From: Ruditapes philippinarum
Lineage: Eukaryota
Direction: 5' to 3'
Assembly (NCBI RefSeq): GCF_026571515.1
Contig: NW_026853081.1
Coordinates: forward strand, 186,001-250,000
Length of the DNA: 64,000 bases
Part shown: piece after piece, positions 13,084 through 27,800 of the stretch
Layout of the letters: each line of letters starts with the position of its first letter
How positions within the stretch are numbered: position 1 is the first letter of the stretch
Notes under the pieces: model-generated
Databases searched by the model: none
Seen by the model: only the letters and a program-made list of their open reading frames with translations
What the model was told of the DNA's origin: nothing
Made by a program: the position numbers and the translations under genes

Positions 13084-16000
13084 ATGTTTTTAATTATTTG
13101 GATTATTTATCTAGGTAAGTATAGAAATAACTTTGATAGTACTAATGATCTGTGCTACTCTTCAACGTTATAAAATTCAAAATATTAAATTTTTAAGTGA
13201 ACAAATAATGTTGTATCACGTTAAGATATATTGCTCGGTATTTTCAAACTTAACATCGCGAAAGATTAATATGTACAATAAGATGATTAGATAATAATGA
13301 AGTCGAAAATTATCAGACGCATTTCTTTTCACAATTAGTTTCTTCCATATATTTGTGATTAACCAACCTACATTTTATCAATTTATGTGCCAAATCGATT
13401 TTTTATCATTCAAAGGTAGATTATATATAAGCATTATATATAAGAGTATTATTTTGCAGGTTCCGTTAGTGCCTTTCCTAATAACTCGTCAACAGTTTGC
13501 TTCCTTCACAATAAAACTCAAAGTTATATTTGTGACCAACATTCTATGCAGTTGTCTTGTTCTGGTGAACACGTGATTAGAATAAATAACATTCAAGTAG
13601 TGACAATGTCGACTGGACATTTGTTGTGCAGCAAATGCGAAACAGACTATACAGCAGGGGGATGGGATATAGTCACAGACAAAGTCATTGTATATTTTGA
13701 AACTTTGTTATATCAATCTTGTTCAAGGAAAAGCCGGTGTAATTTTTTACAAGACAATATACATACCACAGAGCAATCGAAATATATCTGGAAAGCAAAC
13801 ATAAATTTCGAGTGTGTCAGCAAAGGTAAGAAAAATTTACAAAATATCAAAGTATATTTTTAAAGATTATATTTCTTTTAATATCTTTAAATGTACATTT
13901 TTCAAACAACAACAACAACTACAACTACAACTACGACGACAACAACAACAACAACAACAACAACAAAACTACAACAACATTATCATTATTATGACCACCC
14001 CGAAGAAAAAGAAGAACAAAGAAAACAATGCGTGCCTGAAAACTCAATCCAAAGATCCTAAACAAACTGTCATTCGTAACTGATTCACAAAATATAGCTA
14101 TCCCGAACGAACTGTAAAGGGAAATGTTTACCAACTTTCAAAGCAAAACAAATCAACTTACATCAAAATGTTGTCCGAAAATTATGTTCAAGAAAATACG
14201 CAACGACGAGCAAAAATTAAATGGCTACTTACGAAGTATTTAACATCTCTTTGTTTATTATCAATATTATCAAATTTTACGCATCACTTTAGCGCATGTA
14301 TGAAACATTAAGATCTACACGTTTAACGGTATTACTACAAATTTAAATTCATGTTACAAATTTGTATTTCTTTTCTTATACGCAAAAGTCGCATTATTGA
14401 ATACTTAACCATTAACATTCTTACTTCAAAACTTTATATTACGGTGAAGAAAAAACTGCTTTTTTTAATTATCTATGTATCATTATATTCAGATTTATTC
14501 AAGAATATATGTTCACCATGGAAACAGAAAACTGACTCCGTGCATATTTCCCTGAATAGAACCGGTTATGCTACAGGTAACTGTTCATGTATTGTTGAGG
14601 ACTACACAGAAAATATCAACATGGAAGTTGTTGACTACAGACCATACGGAAATGATTTTAGATGTGCAGGTAGCACATTTTTAATTGGCGACACAGCCAT
14701 GCCTGAATGTGAAAACGACGGCGTAGACGTTTCTATGTATAACACAAAAATGACAATTATCAACAATGTAACTATGATATCAGTTTTATTTTCTGACTAT
14801 TTTCCACAAATGATATGGATTCACGTAGAAGGTAAGCACTGTTTTAAGATTTTGAACGATATGATTTAATTTATGATAATACAATGCGTTTATCAAATCG
14901 GTTATCAAATTATAAATCCATTTTATGATAGTTTTATAAGAATATGATAATGTTCAAGGAAAAAAATATTTTTTTTTGTAACGAGGGCTACCTAGCAAAT
15001 ATAAAATCGCATTTGACAAAATCGAATGAAAATTGTTAACAATGATTAAGCTATCAATATGTTAACAATTGTGTCATGTTCACACTTAATTGTAATGATC
15101 ATCAATACATCTAGTTGATTACGTAGATATTTTTTATATACTTTGTAATCAAAGTTAATGTTGGTAATATTTATTAGAAATATAAAACGTTAGAAATAGA
15201 AAATCTTACTGATGATTTATTTAAATATTCTGTGGTTTATGTAATGGACTTAATATATTTATGCTTACAGGTTTTCAAAAGCTTACCAATTTATGTATAA
15301 AAAGAACATACGCTTTGGAATTATATCAATTTCTATGTGATACATTGTTGTATCATTTTTAGGTAACAACATGACAGTTCAGTGTAATAATGAAGGTATG
15401 AGCTTAACAAGCTCCCCGTCAAGTTCCTCTTCCACTGATTCTATCTTCACAGATACCTTAACAACCTTACCTGAAAAAGACACAACAAAAGAAAATACTA
15501 TCACAGAAACAAATACTGCAATGACTACTTCCTCGTTATTTAACAAAGGTATGAATGTAACAGAAAAGTGGATGAATATGGTATTGCGTTTATCCGAAGT
15601 TTTGTCCATTTTTTGTTACATATAATGATTCATACTTATTCATTAATTTACATAAAATGCCAAATTATTCATTTTTATTTGTATACTTTACACATTTTTT
15701 CTTTCAATAATTTCGGAATAAAAATGTCAATGTTAACTTAAATATTGTTAGATTCAGGTGTAGTACCAGGTCTCTTTAATCTTCTTTAAATGTGGTAACT
15801 TGTGCAGGACTTAATAACCAACATTTGGCTGGACCGTAAAGTCGACAATGTCTTAACGAGCAATGAAATAATTACATATCACAGTCATAAAGATGTTCTA
15901 TTTAAGATAGAAATAACTTTGGCTTGTATGTCTCGATAATACATGTACAAATACTTGTTTCTTACAGGCGTCAAAGCCTTTAGATCTGTATATTTGCAAT

Positions 16001-18604
16001 ACCTTATTTTAACATCTGATAAAAGTGGGCTACTCTGTATATGTAAAAAATAAAGCACTGTATTTTACTGTTTCCTCATTATTCCTTACATTTCGAGGTA
16101 CTGTTTAATAGAAAAACTTGATTCACAAACAAGAAAGACTGTTAAAAGTTTACTAATTTTCTAAGACATCAAATTATATAAGACTAAGTATATGTTGTAC
16201 TTATTGATTATCCCTCATGTACAGACTGCAATTTTCATGTAATTTTGTTGTGACTTATGCTTCCGAGGGATCACTTTGTTTCCCGATTTTTGGTGTTAAT
16301 CTATTGTCCATAAAATATAAAAAGATTGCAAATGATTTTTATGCAAGCTACCTAGTATTTCAGTCCTACATATTATATGAATCCGCATTACAACACGCGA
16401 ATACCAATGCCACTTAATAATTCTTATGAATATGAAATGTAAGTTCAAAGTCTGATCGGGTCAAAGTGAAATAAGAATACAAGTTCTTAGATAATATTTT
16501 ATTAAATCGAAAAAAAATAATCTAAAGTCCATGTTTTTATTTATTTTTGCCTTAGAAATAAATAGAATAGCTTTTCCAGACATTACCACAATGAATGTGT
16601 TTTTACAAAAAGTTAAGTAAAACCTGACTGAAGTTTATCATTTTTAGCATATTTATATTAAAATCTGAGTTAACGAACACAAAAATATGTACGTTTTAAT
16701 ACAACGTTCTAAAACTGTAAGCTGTTTTCAAGTAATATGTAAATTATAAATGAAAAAGGGGCATAACTCCTAAAATATTGCTTTCAGAATATGGCCCTTG
16801 TCTAACAACTGCACCTTGTCAAGAAAAGCAAGTATCCAAAGTTTCATGTTGATATCTTTTAAAATGTTTGAAAAGTGAGCTACGTTAAAGTTTTTGCACG
16901 ACGATAACGACAACAACAACGAAGACGACGACAAGGACGACGACGCCGCAGCGATCAGAATAACTCGATTTTTACTTCGAAACAGACAAGCTTATAAATA
17001 TTTTTTTCATTGCAAATATGGCAGTATTTAGTGTTGGCAGTATCTTAAGCTAACAAATGCACATGCAAAAAAGTGATCAGTGACAAAAATTACATACATG
17101 TATAATTTGAGTAAAGTAAAAATACATCAACCACAAAATTCCGTTCACATTGCAAACCTTAATTCTTAAATTTATATTTAATAGATATGTGAGATATGTG
17201 GATATATTACAGGAAACGAAGACAGAACAATTTTCAGCCTACCGGTTATAGCAGGGGGCTCAGCTGGTCTGTTGTTTCTAGTTGTTTTTATTGCTGTCAT
17301 TATTTGTTTTCTTTGCAGAAGGTAAATACACGTATACATATACGTGAGTTAGGAACAATCATATTTATATTTAGATTTGAAAATCTGTGTATTTTTTGTC
17401 AGTATATTGCAAGAACACTGTTCGGTATTGGCGATCCTATATTCATATTATTACGTTAACTTGTATAATCAATTGTATTTTTGTTTGTTTGTTTTGATTG
17501 GGGTTTACGTCACACAAACACAGTATAGGTCATATGGCGACTTTCAAGCTTTACTGGTGGAGGAAGACCTCTGATGCCCTTCCGTGCATTATTTCAGGAA
17601 CGAACGGGCACCTGAGTAGAACCACCGACCGTTCCGTAAGCTAGCGAGATAGCATACTGACATGAAAAATTCGGAGACCCTGTCGGGATTCGAACCCAAG
17701 TGGTTATTAGATTATAATGTCATGTTTTAAAATGATAAATCGTACAGTTCTGGCGTTCTTCTAGCGTTGTTTATTCATTGAAATACTTAAATAATAGAAA
17801 CTAATTTAAGGATGGTAATAGAATTCAAAAAATGAGTCAAATACATACTTGTCTTACAGGAAACAAAACCAGACTTCCAAAGCTAAAGACAAAGAAAACA
17901 TGTACGCGCAATATAATGCTCAGTCAAACACAGCAAACATATCACCGATAAAGTGTGGTGTCATAAATCAAGGTTACGAAACCGAAAATAAAAGGGTTCA
18001 TATCGTACTAAAGGATTTTTCAAACTCAAACTACGAAGAAGTAGGAAGAAAAAATGAAGAAGCGGATGTTTGTGATTATGATGGTACTGAATATGCAGAG
18101 CCAGCAGATGTTGTTGCAGATAATATTTATGCTGAAACTTCCAAAACAGAGGCAGGTATTCAAATGTCACAAAAAGCTCAAAGTAGTATCGAGGGTCATA
18201 ATTACACGGAACCGTATGATAAAGGTCTTATAATCGGTACTGAAAATCAAAATAACTATGCCAAAGTGAAAAGTGGACAGAAGAAAGAGGCGTATGACAC
18301 ATGCGGTGGAATCGAAAACTATTCCCATATTCTTACTGGCATGATAAAACAAGCACCAAAAACCGAGGACAACTATTCTCATATACAAATTGCCGGAAAT
18401 AATCACGACACTTCATGTTTAGGCAATTATTCACATACCAAAGTGAGACAAAGGGAGGGAATTAAAGCTCATGAATGTCCAGACATGTACACACATGTTC
18501 AAAATGACACCCCAAAACAACAAGGCCTGTCTTACAAAGAAACCAAAGAAACTAAATCAGATGAAGAAGAATATGACCATTTGAGCAATTTTCCTCATCC
18601 ATGA
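13084..18604 (+). CDS. R2: paralog of R1, 591 aa
   Basis: Exons 13084-13114, 13460-13825, 14493-14831, 15363-15548, 17213-17321, 17860-18604. The first five exon lengths (31/366/339/186/109) are identical to R1. 1776 nt open. TM LPVIAGGSAGLLFLVVFIAVIICFLC-RRK. Confidence 0.92.
13904..13980. repeat. (CAA)n-type microsatellite in R2 intron 2
   Basis: caacaacaa.. with cta/cga variants. Confidence 0.9.
16750..16997 (+). mobile_element. Helentron-associated (HINE-like) repeat, one core unit plus (GAC)n and 3' end
   Basis: aaaaggggcataactcc..aagtttcatgttgatatc core, shared with the 48.7-51.7 kb elements, followed by a gacgac microsatellite. Confidence 0.55.
17483..17702 (-). mobile_element. tRNA-derived SINE in R2 intron 5
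   Basis: B box gggttcgaatcc on minus, shared body, (tttg)n tail. Confidence 0.75.
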
Positions 18605-19608
18605 ATCATTTTATAATAATCGTTCTGATTGCATTCTTCAAATGAAATAAAAATATCCCTTTTACAATTGATTTCAATTTATGGTGTGGGTTGTTATTGA
18701 GTAATCAACTGCATGTGTGATAAATAGTTATGTGTTCATTGTCCAAGCCGGTGTCTCAAAAACAGATCGTTAGAAATTCGTAGACTTTTAAAAACTTCAC
18801 CGTCATAGGATTAAATTCCTGCAAACAGCTTTGGTTTTTGTGAGCAAAATATGTAACTTGTATTCGAGTGAGAGTTGGTTCTTGACATAGAAACCGGCTA
18901 ACCCCTGAAATTGTGCTTTGATGGGTAAATACGGCCTTGTATTACCACTTATAACTAACAAATTGAAACAAAACAAGCCTAATTTATGCCATTTATAAAA
19001 TTATATAAAATATTGATATGCTTACTTTATTATCTCATATTAAGCAAATTTTGTAAACACAAAACAAAAATTATAAAATGTAAGAGATATAAGATAGCGG
19101 TCCGTTTTCAATGCAATGACAACACAAGTGCAAGTTTTCATATCATGTATTTTACTTTCATTTATTTGGATAAAATTGTTATTGATAACAATATCAAAAT
19201 AAGGAAGAATGATTAAATTAACTTTTAAGATGTGCTTGCATTTATATTTTTTACAAAACCACTCAGGAAGCCGTTATAACATAGAATAACATAAAATATG
19301 TACGTATTACTCAAATACATCGTTTACGTTTCTACAATGAGGCAAATATAGTTCAATCTTATATAAACTTAAAATCAAGCAAATCTTTATTTATTCATAT
19401 GTTAAAAAACCTAGTTAAAAAGTTCGCCATGCATATTGTGCAGATTCATTCCACAACGGTCGTTTGCATTTAACATTTTTCACAATATCTAAGCTTTGTA
19501 GAGCAGGCTCTTAATAACTATAGTCATATGGTTATCTTTAAAATCATTTTAAAGCATTATAAATAAACTTTCTATTGACATAACATCTGAACGACTATTT
19601 TCTTTCTA

Positions 19609-20578
19609 CGAGGGTTGTCCAAAAAATTCGTGCACTGCAGTTATTGTCGCAAGAGTTATTGATAGAAAAACATGAATTATATATCACTTGAAGGGGAAAT
19701 CTATCTCAAATAAGAAAACAAAAGAAATAGCCATGTAACCGGCGTGTCGTGAAAACGAATCGTCATACAGATACCTTAGTAACGTAATACAGGCGCACGA
19801 CAAAAAATTGGGTTAGTTCATTACTTTGATGCAGCACTGTATTCTTTAAACACTACACATAAACGTCAAAATTCAGGGAAAAATGTGTGTATGTATTCCT
19901 AACGTCACTAGAAAATATGACGTCATTTGCTCTTTTGTAACGGTCCTAAACAAACATTTCTGTGTGGTCGTCAATATTGTAATTACGTGAAAATGCAGTC
20001 GCTAAACGTCTGGAAATACGGACGATCATTAAATTTTTGCGCAAGTATTGGTAAAACACCGACATATACCTACACAGAACTTAAAAAGCAAGCGGGACCA
20101 GTTCAGTGTCACGAAGGCTGTTTTTTAAATGGCACAAACGCTCTGTAGAGGCTGGGTAGACGATAACAACCGGTCAGGCAGACCTCCGTCCGTAATGCAT
20201 GTGCATGTGACGAGGGTTGTCAAATATATTCGTGCACTGGTGAATATGTTACATATACGTATGAACAATAAAAACTACAAAATACTTCGCATCAATCATT
20301 CCTCTATTGACAGTAAAACAAATTATGACATAAAAAGCAAATGCCACTTTACAAGCAACAGAAAATTAATACAATTACTGTAATGAACTAACCCTATTTT
20401 TGTCGTGCGCCGGTATTACTTAATGACAATTCTTTTTCACGACACGCCGGTTACACGGCTTTTTCTTTTGTTTTCTTATTTGAGATAGATTTCCCCTTCA
20501 AGTTATATATAATTCATGTTTTTTATTAATAACTCGCAGAAAAATAACTGCAATGCACGAATTTTTGGACAACCCTCG
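19609..20578 (+). mobile_element. Internally deleted mariner (Tc1/mariner) element with ~200-bp terminal inverted repeats
   Basis: ta|cgagggttgtccaaaa ... tttttggacaaccctcg|tt. TIRs ~19609-19823 and ~20380-20578. Frameshifted HTH remnant EIRTIIKF..GKTPT.TY..SVSRRLFFKWHKR..DNNRSGRP at ~20010-20190. Confidence 0.9.
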
Positions 20579-22400
20579 TTTATGAAATGCTTATGCAAAA
20601 TATCTATTCCAAGTCTGCATATATAGTATATTAAAACATAGGAAAGTTTAATCTTATCTTTTTCATAGCAGGAAGTAGTGGTATACGTATTGGAAGTAAG
20701 AAGAGGCAATAAATCAGTCGATTTTGTCCTTGAATAAAGGGATAAATTTTGATTTCTATGTCATTAGAATAATCGACGCTTGAAACGTGTGTGTATGTTT
20801 GCAATAATGAAGATTTTTAATTTATCTGAAATCTACAAAGCTGTCATTGTTATCAATTAAAAAGATGACAATTCTTTTGAACACAAATACAAGAAGACAA
20901 ATTAGGTTTTCACGATTTATTTAAGATTTGGCAAAATTTTGTCAATGCCTGGTGAAAAAGAAATACCGATACAAATTTTAAGGTATATGTTTCATGTATG
21001 CCCCGACATCGACCACATACTATTATGATAGAATATGCCTTAAGCAAATTCAATTACCTGATACTTATGATTTAGGGAAACGTAAATCTTGCTTCAAATC
21101 ATATATAAATTGCAGATGTATGTTCCATATAAATGAAAATAATCTTCACTACATGTCATATCAACGTCAGCGCCGTTAACGGAAGCTGATGCTCAACAAC
21201 GTCTTTACCAGTTTTAACCTCTTCAAAGGATTATAAGTACCAGACAAGAATTCTGTTTCCAGACATTACGAAAAGCTCCCACATTGTAATTGCCTAAAAA
21301 TACAATAAACTTTCGGCAGCAAATATCATATGTGTAAAGAGAATGAGGATGTGGTTATTATTGAGTAAAGCTAGATTAAATTTAAGTTGAAACAATTTGA
21401 AAATTTACATGCCACCTTCTTTGAAAGAGACCGCTATCACGCCACTCAGCTTCTTATATAGGTGATAAAAATAACTTATCAATTTTGAACCAACAAATGG
21501 CCCCTTATAAAATCTGTTGTTAGATTGAATAAAAAATTCAATCTATAGCGATGAAACTGTATGTCATGTGTACATTGAATGAAAATACAAAGCGATTTTA
21601 AAAGTACTATTTTGAAGCTATTCCGTCATATCAGCCCTTTGAACTAGGCAAAAAGTACCACTGACACAGCGCTTATAACTATACATCGATTTGATTCTTC
21701 TGCGTGTTTTTTCATGATCACAATGTGATATCGTACTTAGAAAAATCCCCATGAAAGAACAATTCTCTTTGATAATAGTATTTCATTTTTATTAACCGAT
21801 TTGTATTTGATATTAAACTGAATCTATGAAATGTCGGAATGCTTTATTGTCCAACAACGTCGAGGTGTCCAGGACCGATTGTTGAATTTTGTCGACACCA
21901 TTGTTGCAAGAACTTTGATTAACGGGTTGCTGGTGGCGCGGGGATAGGGGGGCAACTAAGGTGCCTTGCTTTACTGAAGTAAATTCAATGAGGGGGTATA
22001 CGGTTTTGTAAAGTGTCATGTAAACTTAACACTATTTGTACGATGTCAATTTCTCACTCCTAAAAAATATTGTAGTTTATGACCTTATTATTTTAAACGA
22101 TTTAAACAAAATTAATTGATATGTGTAAGATAAGGCCGTCGACTAGTTTACATTGTTGTAGATATACAGCATATTTATCACAACATGAAATTAGATGTCC
22201 GTCAATAAACAGTTAATTGAGTACTGAAACAGGATAATTATATTCAATCAATATTTTATTATCTTGACTTGATTATTTACCATAAAATCGACAAAAACAT
22301 TTGCATAATTTGAATGTCAATATAAATAATGTACGTCTCTTACTTACATATTACCGCTTTAAATATTATTTATTATAGAGTGCAATTACAATAAAGGAAA

Positions 22401-22754
22401 NNNNNNNNNNNNNNNNNNNNNNNNNNNNNNNNNNNNNNNNNNNNNNNNNNNNNNNNNNNNNNNNNNNNNNNNNNNNNNNNNNNNNNNNNNNNNNNNNNNN
22501 NNNNNNNNNNNNNNNNNNNNNNNNNNNNNNNNNNNNNNNNNNNNNNNNNNNNNNNNNNNNNNNNNNNNNNNNNNNNNNNNNNNNNNNNNNNNNNNNNNNN
22601 NNNNNNNNNNNNNNNNNNNNNNNNNNNNNNNNNNNNNNNNNNNNNNNNNNNNNNNNNNNNNNNNNNNNNNNNNNNNNNNNNNNNNNNNNNNNNNNNNNNN
22701 NNNNNNNNNNNNNNNNNNNNNNNNNNNNNNNNNNNNNNNNNNNNNNNNNNNNNN
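22401..22754. other. Assembly gap (N run)
   Basis: Run of N. Confidence 1.
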
Positions 22755-24826
22755 ATACATAATATAAAGACCTTAACAAAGTTGAAATGTTTAATCATAA
22801 CATATAAAATAATCATTATACAAAATTGGAAAGGGTAATCGAAGGGAATAAAACACCAATCAAGAGGTGTTAATTGCAGACTTGAATTGAATGAATGTGT
22901 TTATAAGACAGAACAGATAAAGATAATGAAAAGTGCGACATCTCTCACGTATTGTATTCAATCTTCAACACTTCGGAAGCAATAATCATTTTAGATTACT
23001 TTGTATAATGTGACAAAGATAGTGCCCGCCATTTATGACATCGCGTGAATATTACTGTCTTGACACCGTGCTTTCAATCGTACATGTGCACGCTGTATAT
23101 AGTCTTTTATAGACATGGAAAAGGTGGAAATGGACAATAATACTTTATATTTGTTCACGTTAAAAGCAAAACATGTAGTAAAACTTGTTTTTCTTTTCAT
23201 GTAATCTATAGATTTAATAAATAAACACAACTTCGTGTTTAAGCAATAAGGAAGTGCTGTAAATTACTAATACTTTCTTCCAGATAGTCATTGTAAGTGC
23301 TTGAGAAAGGTCATAAATATGTTTATAAGAGATGAAGGGTGTTTCAGTTCATCACAAAAGTTGTCAAGTTGTTAGTTGTATATCAATTAATTATAATAAA
23401 TAAAAGTAATATTTAATGTTGATAAACTGAGTTGTGGCGAAGTTAGTGAATAAACATTAATCAAAAGGAAGTTTTTTGAAACATTACGTCATTGTGGAAC
23501 ATATTGTTTGTGAAATGATAATTGGTAGTTTAAGAAACTTTCTTGCCCAAAGACTGTATAATATTATATAATGCCTAATATATCAATAATTTTCACTCAC
23601 ATTACGAGACAATTTAACACAGAATCAAAATATAAAAGCCACCGTATAAACCTGAGAAAGGAAGTTTATTTACTTTAATAAATACATTCGTGTGTATATT
23701 TACACATTTTTGAAGTAACTATTTCTATACTCATTTATATAATGAACATTTAATGGTTTTGAGATAATCTTTCGGCATATTAAATGAAATTCGACACGCA
23801 GATAATAAATAATCATATTCAATAAGGGCATAAACGCGTTTAGTAAGATAAAATCAATGAAGACATTCAATGTAGAAAACCATTTTATCAGGTATATTTA
23901 TGGGCAATATATGCACTTCATGCATGTTATTATAATCATTACGTAAAATACACTCCATAACTTGAGAACATTTACTAACAAATGATCTAATTCACATCAG
24001 TCCTGGGCCGCGACATTACCAATTAAATGGTTGAAAAAAATCATTAGAAAATATATTTATCATTGCAGTATTTCTTTATCTGTAATGCTAAATAGTTAAA
24101 CTAAGATGACCAGGTAATTGAAAAGAAGCCCATTGTAATTATACTATTAGATGATTAATATCCCTTAAACTTCTAATGGACTGTTCCAGAATAAAAGCAG
24201 CTCAAAACCATAGTTACAATTTATATATTGCATATGAAAATATAGAGGAGTTAGTAAAAGATTTGCAGTTGGGCTCATAATAGCAACACAGTCTATGTCA
24301 TTAACACAGATTATTGTAAACACTGAAAAGATAATTAAGCAAAAAAATGGAAAAACAAAACAAGAAAAACATATTTTTGTAAAGAGTTTTATAAACATCA
24401 TTGACTGTGACACCGTTTAAATAGTTTCTTAATCCTATTTATGTTAACTATCTGTCACACAGTCCATTTTAATCTTTTTAAAATAATCTCATCCTATGGA
24501 TGATTAATCGTCCTTATCAGTAGTTATGTCAATGATATATGAGTTTTTAAGATCACTTCAAAGGGCTAGATAAGAACTGAATTTATAATTTTAATCAAAA
24601 TTTATATCACGTTTCGAAAAGCACACACTTTTTATTCATGTCTTAAAAGATATTACTTATGTCAACGTTACATATCTCTTCCTGACTCACTTCAAACGTT
24701 ATTTACTGTCTTCTTTAATTACTATTAAGACCGCTAGGCGGAAGGAGAAGTAACACAATTTAATAAAATAACTGAAAACCGTAATTACACATATATGATG
24801 ACATTGTTGCTAAAGTAGGATTGATT

Positions 24827-27800
24827 ATGTTTCTATTTATTTGGATTCTGTATGTAGGTAAGAATAAAAATTAAAGAAGAAGAAGAAGAAGAAGAAGAAC
24901 GTTTATTTCACTTAAATGTCTTGTTATGTAAACTTTCATTTTTAGTAACATTCATATATACTTATTTTTTCTGTGTAAAATATTTAAATACTCACATTAA
25001 AACTTAATTAGGACAAAACAAGCTTAGTTGGTGCTCTGTACAATGTTGTTGATTGTTCAATGCTGATAAAATGTTATGACTTTCTTGAATGTTTACATGG
25101 TAACTAGCTTATGGAGAAAATTAAACCAATATTAACATAAAATGTATGCAAATATATTCATTGAAGCGGTAAGCTTCCGATTTTTTTTCTGAACAAAAGA
25201 AAAGAAAAAAGAAGAAAAAGAAATGTGTAAATTTATAAATTGGCATAAACCTTCTCTTAAGACTATCAACGGATGTTAACATCTGTGGTATTCATCGCAA
25301 GGTGGTCTCATCTTTGGATATCGTAATCGAGGCTAATATATTGGTTTTCTTTGGTCATTTTGTATGTTCAAACAGTATGTATTATAACCGACATATACTT
25401 ATGTAAATACATATGTTATAATGTCTTATCTGATAAAAGCAAAACTTAATTCTAGAGAAGTAAAATTGTATAGATTTGATATCTCTCATTGGTCTAAATG
25501 ATATATTTAATTATTTAAATTATTCACATATAAAATAATTATTTAATTGTTTACGAAACCAAAGTTTAACATCGCTTAAATTTATCTTCTCATTTTGCAT
25601 AATTGTTCACTTTGTATAATATTCCAGTCAATTAGGTTATAAAGTTATCAAGTATCAAGACCAGATAGATCTAATTTGGTCTTGCATTGATTATTAGTGG
25701 TCTCAATATTGGGGAAACTTAATAGAATAGAACAAAGAAATGGGACTGAAATTGGAGGTCTTAGAAGTAAAAAAGCAGGGTGGTCTTTATTGTGGATCAT
25801 GCTACAATTGAAGGACAGAAATTATCATTCTATAAAAAATGTCCTAAAAGAAGAATGATTTTAATTCCGGAATGGTCTTAATTGGGGTGTCTTACTAAGT
25901 CAAAGAAAGTTATAGATATCCAGAACCCAAGTGGCTCTGTAATGGGCAATTGCAAATTGTGATTATTTAATTGTCTATTAACATAATAGACACTCTGTGC
26001 TACATGGTATTTACTAAATTTATATGTTACAGGTTCCGTGAATTCTCTTTCGGACAACTCGTCAAAGCTATGCTTTGTCGGTGATGGTATAGTAAACGTT
26101 TTTTGTGAGAATAGTTCTACGGAATTATCGTGTTTTAATGATCACATGATAAGGATAAAAGGAATTCAAATAGAAAGTACTTATGAAAGTAGTCAGATGA
26201 ATGATTGTGGAAAATGTCCTCCTAATAATGACCCGCAAGATGAGTGGAAGAATGAAACGGATATTACATATTTTGAGGCATTACTGTACAAGGCTTGCTC
26301 CAAGAAAAGGATGTGTATTTTTACAACAAGTGATATTGGGAACGATAATCATGTCTGGACAGCAAATGTTAAGTATGATTGTGTTGAAAAAGGCAAGAAC
26401 AAACATTTTGTATGATACAGTTAATATTTTATAATACATTTGTGAAAGTCCCATAAATCATTATTTAATTCATATATCATTATTTTATAGTTTTAAATGA
26501 CTTAAAGGGACAACGTGGCAGGATGGTGGTATCTTAAGTTACCATATTGAACTTAACACAACATATTCTAATATTTCTTTAAATCTTATTTATGAACCTT
26601 TCTATGGTTTCATTTCTTTTATTTTAAAGATGTTAGAGAAATTCGAAATATGAATGCACAGTGCATATACATATCATATGTTTATCTAAGAAACACAGTT
26701 AACATTGCAACATTTTATTTCAAACTACACAGAGATGTCATTAATTTTATAAAACCTTAACATCCAAATAAAATGTAAACGATAACTTTATGTGATCATA
26801 TTATTGTATTATATGTATTATATACAGAATTATTCAAGGATATGTGTTCACCGTGGACAAAGAAAACAGACTCCGTTCATATTTACCTGGACAGAACTAA
26901 TAATGCGTCCAAAACCTGTTCATGCACCATTGAAGGCGACACGGAAAACACAAAAATGGCAATTGTTGACTACAGGCCATACACAGGCAACTCTAGTTGT
27001 GCTGGTAGCTCAGTTATAGTAGATGGTGAAGATATGTTGCAATGTACAGAAAACGGCACATACTTCTCAGTGTTAAACAAAAATATAACGATCATCAACA
27101 ATGTTACCAAAATAGCAGTTTCATTTTCTGATGATTTACCTCAGATGTTATGGCTACATGTCAAAGGTAAAAATAATTGTTCATATACATGTAAATGAGT
27201 ACATTCACATTTTCAAGATATCTTAAAGAACTCCAAAGTTCTCCTTCATGGTGACTTTATCAACTTTACGCGTTTATCATTAATATGTCTGTGCTGAAAG
27301 ATAATGACCATCAAAACATCAGCTTGATATGTCTTTCAAAAACTTACAATTATATAATACAAGCATAATATCTATAGAATTTATAAGAATATTATTTTTT
27401 ATGGATTTATATATTTTTCTTCTCTAGTTACTAGTATCGAGTTAATGTAGCGATAGCCGCATATTTTTCAAAAGTTAACAATTTTATTTTTAAAAGAAAA
27501 ATGTTTATAATAATTATAAGAGTTATATGATTTAGATTTAAAAAGGCCCAGTATGCACAAGAAATGCTTTCACTTTTAGTTCTTAAAGGTTTGTTGTATT
27601 GAAGTACTTTTATAGTTTCCTAAGAATACTCATTGGCCAATTATCTTAACCATTTTTCCCTTTTTGGTAATAAGTTCAGCGCCTTTTAACATATTGATGT
27701 ATCAATTTAAGGTATAAATATGACAGTTCAGTGTGGTAACAAAAATATCAGCTCAACCTTTCCATCTAGCTCCCCAACTAGCATCTCTACTATTGACACC

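Noticed and set aside
13814-14134. PolyQ and polyL ORFs
   Set aside because: Translations of the intronic (CAA)n microsatellite.
22366-22816. ORFs spanning the second N gap
   Set aside because: Artefacts of the N run.
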